Both the position numbers and the translations under genes were made by a program. DNA of 64,000 nucleotides, from NCBI RefSeq assembly GCF_009914755.1, contig NC_060946.1; one strand, 5' to 3'. The notes below the pieces were generated by a model that saw only the letters and a program-made list of their open reading frames with translations, was not told the origin of the DNA and ran no database searches. Every line of letters starts with the position of its first letter. The first letter of the stretch is position 1. This DNA is from the human T2T-CHM13v2.0 reference genome, Homo sapiens. Below are positions 1 through 16,027 of this stretch, piece by piece.

Positions 1-870
1 CAACGGCAGCTTGGGATTCACCCTCAATGACCCTGAGCCAGACACAGAGCCAGGTGGGCCAGCACATAGAAGTATGGGGCAAGTTGTGCTGCGGTCACAA
101 AGGGGTTTTGGACAAGTTGGGGTGGAGCTACAGCAGCAGCAGCTTTTTTCTACCCCAGAGACTTCACTGCTTCTCTTCTGAGCTTTCTGTGATCCAGAGT
201 TGATTTTCTTGGTTCTCTCTCCCCATAAATGCTCCTTGTCCTTAGTTTCTTCTCTCCCCAGTGATGGAGAAAATCTTACCCTGGGCCTATCATCTATAGC
301 TGACATCTGGGCCTCCTTGGAGAGACAGGGCCTACTCTCAAGGAACACCCTATGAGAGGCCATAGACTGGGTGGAGAATTCAAGCCGTGATTCCTGGAAA
401 CTTCACATGCACATTAATATGGTGACATGTCACATAATCTCCTGATCCTTCACCATTCACACTACTCTATGACTTGCTTTTCCATTTAGCAAATATAGAG
501 GTATTTCTATGTTAGTGTGTACAGGCCCATCTTATGTCTCTAAATTGATCTTCCACAATAGGGATACTTAGAAGACAAAGTGGCACAGTTCTTTCCTAGG
601 AAGGAATGTTTAGCCTTCCATGCATGAGAGTGCCCATTTCCCTACATCTAAGCCGACACTGTTCTTACGAAATGTGTCTATCTTTACCAATGTAATAGAT
701 GTTCCAATTTTCATTTTTAAAATTGACGCTCTTTGATCTGCCTTCATGTTCCTATGGATAGTTTAACCCTGAAAAGGTTAAACTTTCAGATCGTGAAGCA
801 GGTGTCTCCTGCTCATAGTGACAGGAGAAATGGAAGAATGACCAGCTGTGTGACAAACCAAAACTCCAGG

Positions 871-1599
871 GACCTAGACATCTAAGGGGTGTGCCCACCT
901 AGACATCCGAGGGGTGTGCCCACTTAGACATCCGAGGGGTGTGCCCACCTAGACAACTGAGGGGTGTGCCCACCTGGACAACCGAGGGGTGTGCCCACCT
1001 AGACATCCGAGGGGTGTGCCCACCTAGACAACCGAGGGGTGTGCCCACCTAGACATCCGAGGGGTGTGCCCACCTAGACATCCGAGGAGTGTGCCCACCT
1101 AGACATCCGAGGGGTGTGCCCACCTAGACAATCTGAGGGGTGTGCCCACCTAGACATCCGAGGGGTGTGCCCACCTAGACATCCGAGGAGTGTGCCCACC
1201 TAGACATCCGAGGGGTGTGCCCACCTAGACAATCTGAGGGGTGTGCCCACCTAGACATCCGAGGGGTGTGCCCACCTAGACAATCTGAGGGGTGTGCCCA
1301 CCTAGACATCCGAGGGGTGTGCCCACCTAGACATCCGAGGAGTGTGCCCACCTAGACAACCGAGGGGTGTGCCCACCTAGACAACCGAGGGGTGTGCCCA
1401 CCTAGACATCCGAGGGGTGTGCCCACCTAGACATCCGAGGGGTGTGCCCACCTAGACAATCTGAGGGGTGTGCCCACCTAGACAACCGAGGGGTGTGCCC
1501 ACCTGGACAACCGAGGGGTGTGCCCACCTAGACATCCGAGGGGTGTGCCCACCTAGACAACCGAGGGGTGTGCACACTTAGATATCTGAGGGATGTGCT
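871..1599. repeat. 25-bp minisatellite (VNTR), about 29 units, consensus CACCTAGACATCCGAGGGGTGTGCC
   Basis: Direct tandem periodicity of 25 bp, with recurring 26-bp (ACAATCTGAG), ACAACCGAG and GAGGAGTG variant units. Confidence 0.97.
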
Positions 1600-2014
1600 C
1601 ACTGTTTTCTCATGGGACGGCTAAGCAAATGAAAAATATTTGTAAAAACTGAATTCATAATGAAGCTTACTGATCGGAACAATAAAAGAAAATGGTTTGA
1701 CAGTGGCTAAACTGTACAGGGCAAGACTCTGATGCCAGAACAGTGGGCGCGGCAAGGATCATGCACAATATTGACACTCACAGAGGCAGAGGTCCTCGCT
1801 GTGCCTCTCATCAATATAGGAAATCTTACAATATTTGCAAGGGAAAATGTTCTGGTGAATCCAATCTTAGCAAATTTACAATGGAAATGTGAAAAAATGA
1901 AAACGGTTCATCTTTAATATGTAGAAAACTGACCAAGAAACAGAAGTTAGCTTAATGGAGTTTACTCCAGAAACTCTATTCTTGGTAAAGAATCATCAGT
2001 GATCTAATTCTGGA

Positions 2015-2701
2015 CACTACACATGGGTTTTTGCATGGGCATGTGCTTTCATGTCTCTCGGGTAAATACTTAGGGGTGGAATGACTGGATCATACGGTGG
2101 GTGTAAGTTTTGACATACAAATGCATCCCTGAAGCAATCACCACAACCCAGAGAGTGAACACGTCCGTCACTCCCTAAAGTTTCCTTGTGGCACTTTGCA
2201 ATCCCTCCAGCCTGTCCCCTCTCCTGCCCCAGGCAATGTCTGGTCTGCTTTGTCTCATATCAATTTGCTTTTCTCATAATTTTATATAAATGAAACCCTA
2301 TAGCAAGCCCTTTTAAAAATCAATCTTCTTTCACTCAGCATAATCATTTTGAGATTCATTTTGTGTATCGGTGATTTATTTCTTTCCATTGCTGAGTATT
2401 TCATCACACGGCTATACCACAGTTTGTTTTCCTATCTACCTATTGATGGACATTGGGTTGTTTCCAGTCTGCGCTATTCCAAATGAAGCAGCTATGCGCA
2501 CTCAAATACAAGGATTTGTATGGGCATACATGTTCATATCTCTTGGCTAACCATGTGTGTGAGGAATGGCTGGTAGGTATATGTTAAAAAGCACTTTTTG
2601 AAAAACATTGAGTGTTTTCTCAAAGTGATTGCAACATTTCACAGTCCCATCAGCAGTATATGAGAGTCCCGACTCTTCCACATCCTTGACAAGATTTGGT
2701 A
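2015..2701 (-). mobile_element. Old L1M-type LINE 3' fragment that is the target of the younger L1 and continues after 9910
   Basis: Degenerate antisense L1 3'-end motifs (gttgtttccag, gctggatcata, cccatcagcagtatatgagagt). The sequence resumes as ttttagtcattctgataggtgtg after the young L1. Confidence 0.6.
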
Positions 2702-3414
2702 TGGTCAGCCTTTTTTATTTTCTTTTATTATTATTATACTTTAAGTTTTAGGGTACATGTGCACAATGTGCAGGTTTGTTACATATGTATACATGTGCCA
2801 TGCTGGTGTGCTGCACCCATTAACTCGTCATTTAGCATTAGGTATATCTCCTAATGCTATCCCTCCCCCCTCCCCCTATCCCACAACAGTCTCCGGAGTG
2901 TGATGTTCCCCTTCCTGTGTCCATGTGTTCTCATTGTTCAGTTCCCACCTATGAGTGAGAACATGTGGTGTTTGGTTTTTTGTCCTTGCGATAGTTCGCT
3001 GAGAATGATGGTTTCCAGTTTCATCCATGTCCCTACAAAGGACATGAACTCTTCATTTTTTATGGCTGCATAGTATTCCATGGTGTATATGTGCCACATT
3101 TTCTTACTCCAGTCTATCGTTGTTGGACATTTGGGTTGGTTCCAAGTCTTTGCTATTGTGAATAGTGCCACAATAAACATATGTGTGCATGTGTCTTTAT
3201 AGCAGCATGATTTATAATCCTTTGTGTATATACCCAGTAATGGGGTGTCTGGTCAAATGGTATTTCTAGTTCTAGATCCCTGAGGAATCGCCACACTGAC
3301 TTCCACAATGGTTGAACTAGTTTACAGTCCCACCAACAGTGTAAAAGTGTTCCTATTTCTCCACAACCTCTCCAGCACCTGTTGTTTCCTGACTTTTTAA
3401 TGATCGCCATTCTA

Positions 3415-5939
<2,525 letters not shown>

Positions 5940-7017
5940 TTATTTCTGCCTTCATTTCGTTATGTACCCAGTAGTCATTCAGGAGCAGGTTGTTCAGTTT
6001 CCATGTAGTTGAGCGATTTTGAGTGGGTTTCTTAGTCCTGAGTTCTAGTTTGATTGCACTGTGGTCTGAGAGACAGTTTGTTATAATTTCTGTTCTTTTA
6101 CATTTGCTGAGGAGTGCTTTACTTCCAACTATGTGGTCAATTTTGGAATAGGTGTGGTGTGGTGCTGAAAAAAATGTATATTCTATTGATTTGAGGTGGA
6201 GAGTTCTGTAGATGTCTATTAGGTCTGCTTGGTGCAGAGCTGAGTTCAATTCCTGGGTATCCTTGTTAATTTTCTCTCTTATTGATCTGTCTAATGTTGA
6301 CAGTGGGGTGTTAAAGTCTCCCATGATTATTGTGTGGGAGTCTAAGTCTCTTTGTAGTCACTAAGGACTTGCTTTATGAATCTGGGTGCTCCTGTATTGG
6401 GTGCATATATATTTAGGATAGTTAGCTCTTCTTGTTAAATTGATCCCTTTACCATTATGTAATGGGCCTTCTTTGCCTCTTTTGATCTTTGTTGGTTTAA
6501 AGTCTGTTTTATCAGGGACTAGGATTGCAACCCCTGCCTTTTTTTATTTTCCATTTGCTTGGTAGATCTTCCTCCATCCCTTTATTTTGAGCCTATGTGT
6601 GTCTCTGCACATGAGATGGGTTTCCTGAATACAGCACACTGATGGGCCTTGACTCTTTATCCAATTTGCCAGTCTGTGTCTTTTAATTGGAGCATTTAGC
6701 CCATTTACACTTAAAGTTAATATTGTTATGTGTGTATTTGGTCCTGTCATTATGATGTTAGCTGGTTATTTTGCTTGTTAGTTGCTGCAGTTTCTTCCTA
6801 GCCTTGATGGTCTTTACATTTTGGCATGTTTTTGCAGTGGCTGGTACTGGTTTTTCCTTTCCATGTTTAGTGCTTCCTTCAGGATCTCTTTTAGCACAGG
6901 CCTGGTGGTGACAAAATCTCTCAGCATTGGCTTGTCTGTAAAGTATTTTATTTCTCCTTCACTTATGAAGCTTAGTTTGGCTGGATATGAAATTCTGGGT
7001 TGAAAATTCTTTTCTTT

Positions 7018-8040
7018 TTCTTTTTTTGGTAGCACAGTGAGTGGAGTTTATTTTTATAATTTGTAGAAAATTGACATTTAGATTTCAAAACTTATATTAC
7101 AAAATTATCAGCAGCAGTCTTAAGCATTTCAACCATGCTGATAGATTCCACTTTGCTAACACAAACAAGGCTATTATACTATGTTTGAAAAGCAAGACTT
7201 GTTCCAAGACGGCCTATTATTATACATCTGCCTCACTGCTCAGGACCCGTTTGTGACTGTGTCTTCTTCCATCTCTTCTTCACCATCATCAGTGGGCCCC
7301 AATCTGCGTTCTCTGCCAGGGATCTGACCAGACTGCAGCAACCCCTTCAGCCTCTCCACTTCAGCCAGAGGTGAAGCATTTGCTATAGCATTCTTGATTG
7401 CTTCTACATCCCCTGGAGATGGCCCACCTTTCTTTTTGTCAGTTGGCAAACCAGCACCTGGATTAAAAGTTTTGCTTCTCCTGGCAATATCCTTTGCAAG
7501 CTGTGCACCCCGTTTGCCCTTGAACATTTTCTCTGCTTCCTGACGCTCTTTAGTTTCACTTTCTGGAAATCCAGTACTCTGATTTGCGGAACTTTATAAA
7601 TCACATACAATCTGTAATGCTTCTTATTGGTTACTGGATTTCTTAGGATACTTAGGTAAGTCAGCGATTTGAGAGATGCCAGAGGGTCCAGATCACCCAG
7701 TTCCACGAGCCTATTATTGGTGAGAATGAGTTCTGTCAGACAGGGCAGAGCCTGATCAAGTCCCTCACCTATACGGCATATTCTGTTTTGTTCACTAACA
7801 ACGTTTTCAGTCTTCTCAACAAAGGAAAACCATCCAGTTTCCTGATCTCATTGTCAGAAAAATCAATAGCATCAAACTGGTCTAACGTAGCACCTAGATT
7901 TTCAATGACGGGAATTTTATACCCCCGGAGGTCCAGCTCCCGGTCGCGCACCGCGCTGGTGTACTGCGCCGCCTGCTCGATCAGCTCCGCCGTCAGCTTG
8001 ACCATCCTGCGGCCTCCCGTTCCCCCGCGCTGTGGAAAGC
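7018..8040 (-). pseudogene. Processed pseudogene of SNRPA1 (U2 snRNP A'), nested in L1 ORF1
   Basis: Intronless MVKLTAELIEQAAQYT...EEDTVTNGS (ATG 8005, TGA 7240-7242). It is 766 nt against 768 expected, with 1-nt frameshifts near 7788 and 7549. It includes the 5'UTR, 3'UTR and an A-tail remnant (7018-7027). TSD TGAAAATTCTTTT(CTTT) at 7001-7017 and 8041-8053. Confidence 0.96.
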
Positions 8041-8866
8041 TGAAAATTCTTTTAAGAATGTTGAATATTGGCCCCCACTCTCTTCTGGCTTGTAGAGTTT
8101 CTGACGAGAGATCCGCTGTTAGTCTGATGGGCTTCCCTTTGTGGGGAACCCGACCTTTCTCTCTGGCTGCCCTTAACATTTTTTCCTTCATTTCCACTTT
8201 GGTGATTCTGACAATTATGTGTCTTGGAGTTGCTCTTCTCGAGGAGTATCTTTGTGGCGTTCTCTGTATTTCCTGAATCTGAATGTTGGCCTGCCTTGCT
8301 AGATTGGGGAAGTTCTCCTGGATAATATCCTGCAGAGTGTTTTCCAACTTGGTTCCATTCTCCCCGTCACTTTCAGGTACACCAATCAGATGTAGATTTG
8401 GTCTTTTCACATAGTCCCATATTTCTTGAAGGCTTTGTTCGTTTCTTTTTATTCTTTTTTCTCTAAACTTCCCTTCTCGCTTCATTTCATTCATTTCATT
8501 TTCCATCACTGATACCCTTTCTTCCAGTTGATCGCATCGGCTCCTGAGGCTTCTGCATTCTTCACGTAGTTCTCGAGCCTTGGCTTTCAGCTCCATCAGC
8601 TCCTTTAAGGACTTCTCTGCGTTGGTTATTCTAGTTATCCATTTGTCTAATTTTTTTTCACAGTTTTAAACTTCTTTGCTATTGGTTTGAATTTCCTCCT
8701 GTAGCTTGGAGTAGTTTGATCATCTGAAGCCTTCTTCTCTCAGCTCGTCAAAGTCATTCTCCATCCAGCTTTGTTCCATTGCTGGTGAGGAGCTGCGTTC
8801 CTTTGGAGGAGGAGAGGCGCTCTGCTTTTTAGAGTTTCCAGTTTTTCTGCTCTGTTTTTTCCCCAT

Positions 8867-9896
8867 CTTTGTGGTTTTATCTACTTTTGGTCTTTGATGA
8901 TGGTGATGTACAGATGGGTTTTCGGTGTGGATGTCCTTTCTGTTTGTTAGTTTCCTTCTAACACACAGGACCCTCAGCTGCAGGTCTGTTGGAGTTTGCT
9001 AGAGGTCCACTCCAGACTCTGTTTGCCTGGGTATCCACAGCGGTGTTTGCAGAACAGTGGTTTTTCATGAACCGCGAATGCTGCTGTCTGATCGTTCCTC
9101 TGGAAGTTTTGTCTCAGAGGAGTACCCGGCCGTGTGAAGTGTCAGTCTGCCCCTACTGGGGGGTGCCTCCCAGTTAGGCTGCTCAGGGGTCAGGGGTCAG
9201 GGACCCACTTGAGGAGGCAGTCTGCCGGTTCTCAGATCTCCAGCTGCGTGCTGGGAGAACCACTGCTCTCTTCAAAGCTGTCAGACAGGGACATTTAAGT
9301 CTGCAGAGGTTACTGCTGTCTTTTTGTCTGTCTGTGCCCTGCCCCCAGAGGTGGAGCCTACAGAGGCAGGCAGGCCTCCTTGAGCTGTGGTGGGCTCCAC
9401 CCAGTTCGAGCTTCCCGGCTGCTTTGTTTACCTAATCAAGCCTGGGCAATGGCGGGCGCCCCTCCCCCAGCCTCGCTGCCGCCTTGCAGTTTGATCTCAG
9501 ACTGCTGTGCTAGCAATCAGCGAGACTCCGTGGGCGTAGGACCCTCCGAGCCACATGCAGGATATAATCTCCCGGTGTGCCGTTTTTTAAGCCCGTTGGA
9601 AAAGCGCAGTATTAGGGTGGGAGTGACCCGATTTTCCAGGTGCCGTCTGTCGCCCCTTTCTTTGACTCGGAAAGGGAACTCCCTGACCCCTTGCGCTTCC
9701 CGAGTGAGGCAATGCCTCGCCCTGCTTCAGCTCGTGCACGGTGCGCTGCACCCACTGTCCTGCGCCCCCTGTCTGGCACTCCCTAGTGAGATGAACCCTC
9801 AGATGGAAATGCAGAAATCACCCGTCTTCTGCGTCGCTCACGCTGGGAGCTGTAGACCGGAGCTGTTCCTATTGGGCCATCTTGGCTCCACCACCC
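8867..9896. promoter_or_regulatory. L1 5'UTR with sense (minus) promoter and antisense (plus) promoter; includes a YY1 site and the ZNF93-bound segment
   Basis: YY1 motif GCCATCTTGG at about 9876-9885. Many CpGs remain. The 129-bp segment lies at about 8995-9123. Confidence 0.7.
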
Positions 9897-9985
9897 TGGT
9901 CAGTCTTTTTAATTTTAGTCATTCTGATAGGTGTGTGATAATATTTCATTGTGGTTTTAATTTGCATTTGCTTAATGACTGGTGA
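9449..9985 (+). CDS. L1 antisense ORF0 (MAGAPPPASLPPCSLISDCC...), open for 178 codons and running out of the L1 5' end
   Basis: The N-terminus matches the primate L1 ORF0 peptide. The ATG is in a strong context (gcaATGg) and the donor CAG|GTGCCG is retained at 9640. Expression cannot be shown from the sequence. Confidence 0.55.
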   Translation: MAGAPPPASLPPCSLISDCCASNQRDSVGVGPSEPHAGYNLPVCRFLSPLEKRSIRVGVTRFSRCRLSPLSLTRKGNSLTPCASRVRQCLALLQLVHGALHPLSCAPCLALPSEMNPQMEMQKSPVFCVAHAGSCRPELFLLGHLGSTTLVSLFNFSHSDRCVIIFHCGFNLHLLNDW

Positions 9986-10657
9986 TGTGAAGCATATTTC
10001 ATGTGCTCATTGTCATCCATATATCTTCTTTGGGGAAGTGTCTGTTCAAATCTTTTGCCTATTTAAAAACTTCTGTTGTCATCTTTTTATAGAGTTTTGA
10101 GAGTTCTTTTTACGTGCTGAATGTAAGTTCTTTGTCAGCTGTATGCATTGTAAATGTCTTCTCCAAGTCAGAGCTTGCTTTTTAATTCTCTAAACGGTGT
10201 CTTTTGGAGCTCAGCAGTTTTAAACTTTGAGGGAGTACAACTAATCACTGTATTCTTTATTGTTACATATTATTTGGTATATCTATTCATTTATTTAGGA
10301 CTTCCTCAGTTGTCTCAGCAATGTTTTATAGTTTTGAGTGTGCAGGTTTTTCACATATGTTGTCAGAATTATTTATTTATTTATTTATCAGAATTATTTA
10401 TAAGTATTTCATATTCTGATACTCAATTGTTGATTCCTAGTATACAGAAATACAATTGATTTTTGTGTGGTTATCATGTATCTTGAAATCATGGATCATG
10501 CTTTTGGTGTATGGTCTAAGAGATTTTTGCTTAACCCAAGGTCACAAAAATGTTCTTTTATGTTTTATTCTAGAAATGTTAGAATTTTAGGTTTTTCACT
10601 TAGGTTTATGATCCATTTTGAGTTAATTTTTGTATTTGGTATGAACTTGGATTGAAA

Positions 10658-10962
<305 letters not shown>

Positions 10963-11300
10963 GAAAATTCTTTGGTATATGATGTCCAATTGCTCCAGCA
11001 CTATATGTTGAAAAGATTCTCCTTTTTCCATTGAAATGCCTTTGTACCTCTGAAGAAAATCAGTCGTTCATATATGTCTGGCTCTGCTTTTGAGCTATTT
11101 TGTTCCTTTCATGTATTTGTTTATCTTGACACCAGTACCACACCATCTTACTGCAAATGGGTTTATAATAAGTCTGGAAATCAGGTAGTATACATCTTCC
11201 AACATCTGTGTTTTCTTAAAGCTGTTTTGACGGGTTTAGGTCCTTTGTATTTCCATATGAATTTTAGCATGAGTCTGTTGATTTCTACAATAAAAATTCT

Positions 11301-12280
<980 letters not shown>

Positions 12281-12358
12281 TAAAAGAATCTGCTGATGTT
12301 TTCATTGTGATTGTGTTGAATTTGCAGATCAATTTGGGAAGACATGACACCCTAACAA

Positions 12359-12867
12359 TACTGCGTCCTCTGAGTCATGAGCTCAGGGTATCTATTCATT
12401 TATTTAGGGTACTGCGTCCTCTGAGTCATGAGCTCAGGGTATCTATTCATTTATTTAGGGTACTGCGTCCTCTGAGTCATGAGCTCAGGGTATCTATTCA
12501 TTTATTTAGGGTACTGCGTCCTCTGAGTCATGAGCTCAGGGTATCTATTCATTTATTTAGGGTACTGTGTCCTCTGAATCATGAACTCAGTGTATCTATT
12601 CATTTATTTAGGGTACTACATCCTCTGAGTCATGAGCTCAGGGTATCTATTCATTTGTTTAGGGTACTGTGTCCTCTGAATCATGAACTCAGTGTATCTA
12701 TTCATTTATTTAGGGTACTGTGTCCTCTGAGTCATGAGCTCAGGGTATCTATTCATTTATTTACGGTACTGCGTCCTCTGAGTCGTGAGCTCAGGGTATC
12801 TATTCATTTATTTACGGTACTGCGTCCTCTGAGTCATGAGCTCAGGGTATCTATTCATTTATTTAGG
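12359..12867. repeat. 51-bp VNTR, 10 units (GTACTGCGTCCTCTGAGTCATGAGCTCAGGGTATCTATTCATTTATTTAGG)
   Basis: Direct 51-bp periodicity, seen as the 17-aa repeat in ORF 12226-12900. It was amplified from the surrounding L1M sequence. Confidence 0.97.
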
Positions 12868-13119
12868 GCTGCTTCAATTTCTCTCAGCAATGTTTTGTAA
12901 TTTTGAGTGTGCAGGTTTTTCACATATTTTGTCAGAATTATTTCTAAATATTTCATATTCTGATATTCAATTGTTGACTGCCAGTATACAGAAATACAAT
13001 TGATTTTTGTGTGGTTCCCATGTATCTTGAAACCATGCCAAGTTCATTTGTTAATTCTGGTGCTCTGTTTGTAGCTGCCACTGGATTTCAACATAGACAA
13101 TCAAGTCTTCTGTGAATAA

Positions 13120-13452
<333 letters not shown>

Positions 13453-15012
13453 TGAAAGCCCTTGTTTTTCTTGCCTTATTTCACAGTACAATGCTGAATG
13501 GAAGTGGTGAGAGTGGACATTCTTGTTCCTGAGCTTAAGCATGAAAAGCTTCAGTCTGTTGCCATTAAGTGTGATGTTAACTGTGGGTTTTTCACAAATA
13601 CCATTTATTAGGCTGAGGATATTTTATTCTCTAAGAAAAATATAGAGGTTTATATTTTTGCTAAGAGGTTTATATTTTTATTTTTTACACAGTAATGAGT
13701 GTTGAATTTTGCCAGCTTTTCCTACATTTATTGAGATGATCATGTAATTTTTCTGTTTTTACTTTGTTAATCTGGTGTATTAAATAAACTATTTTAGAAC
13801 AACTTTAGATTTATAGTAGTCACAGATTGTTACAGATTTACTCCTCTAGTTTGAGACTATTTCTCAGTCTTTCTTTGCTCTTATATGACCTTGACAAATT
13901 TGAGGGATAGTTAGGTATTTTGTAGAATATCCCTCCATTTGAATTTGTGTAATATTTTTCTCATGATTATATTGGGATTATGAATTTTGGGAAAGAGTCT
14001 CATAGAGACAAATTATCCTCATCACATCCTATCAGGAGTCTACAACATACATATGACAACAGTGATGACATTAACCTTGATCCGTTGGTCAGGGCAGTGT
14101 TTTCTGGGTTTCATCACTGTTCGCTTTCTATAAGTGCTTCTTTAGAAGTGAGCCACTCAGTCCAGCCCATTCTCTGTAGTGATGGTGGTTGGGGGTGTTG
14201 GCTCCACCCCCTGCAGATGGCAGGAGTTACACATAGTATTTTTAATTTTTCTGTATGAAAGATTTGTCTCTTATTATTCATCTATTCATTATATTAGTGT
14301 AGAGCCCTAATGTATATTTATTTTATACAGTGGACTATAAACCAATATGACATTATATAATTTGTTGCTCACATTTTTCCAGCTTTGCCCATTGGGAGCC
14401 CTTTCATATTGGCTCTTGAGTCCCTTTGACATGCCTTCATCATTTTTTAAATTAAAAAATTATTACTAATTTATTTTTATTTTATGGAGATAGGTTCTTT
14501 CTATGTTACAGCCCAGGCTGGTGTGGTCTTGAACTCCCGGCCTCAAGCAATCCTCCTACCTCAGCCTTCCAAAGTGCTGGGATTACAGGTGTGAGCCAGT
14601 GCACCTGTGGCTTCATTCCCGGCTTCATTTCATTTGTTGAGCACATCCTTCCTTTCTGATATAATAAGGTGCTACAGGCTCATTTTGCATTTCCCCTGCT
14701 TCAACCCTGGAATCCACCATTTCTCTAAAGTAATCTGGTTTTTTCACTGGAAAGTGTTTTTTTAGAAACTAAGATCTGGACACTGGGTGTGCTTGTCAAT
14801 ACTGAGATGTATTACTTCTAAGCCCTCAAAGCTGGATGAGACAGTTAGGTAATATATGTTGTATACTAACCCATGTACACACATGTATCTATTATTGTTT
14901 TTGTATCTATCCATTTTATATATATATAAAGCTAAATGAGAGTTCACAATAATACTTTCACCTCTTATCCAGTACCGCAAGATTTAGTTTATCCTTTTCT
15001 TGCTTCCAATAC

Positions 15013-15617
<605 letters not shown>

Positions 15618-15717
15618 CCATTAAATAATTTTTAAATGTTTAACTGACACTGCACTCCTGGGATAAACTCCACTTTAGTCATGTGTATTATCCTTTTAAT
15701 ATGCTGCTGGACTTCTC

Positions 15718-16027
15718 TTATTTATTTATGTATTTATTTTATTTAGAGGCAGGGTCTCATTCTGTCATCCCAGCTGGAGTGTAGTGGTGCAATCATAGGT
15801 CACTGCAGCCTTGAACTCTTGGGCTTAAGCGATCCTTTCATCTCAGCCTCCCTAGTAACTGGGACTACAGTCATGTGTCGCCACACCCAGCTAATTTTAA
15901 TGTTTTTAGTAAAGACGGGGTTTTGCCATGTCGGCCATGCTGGTCTTGAATTCCTGGCCTCAAGTGATCTGCCCTCCTTGGCCTCCCGAAGTGCTGAGAT
16001 TACAGGCGTGAGCCACTGCACCCACCC
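15718..16027 (-). mobile_element. Alu (AluJ-like)
   Basis: Diverged antisense Alu with J-type motifs (gcagccttgaactcttgggct). Confidence 0.85.

Noticed and set aside
871-1599. CRISPR-like appearance of the short repeats
   Set aside because: The repeats are contiguous with no unique spacers, in a eukaryotic context; this is a minisatellite.
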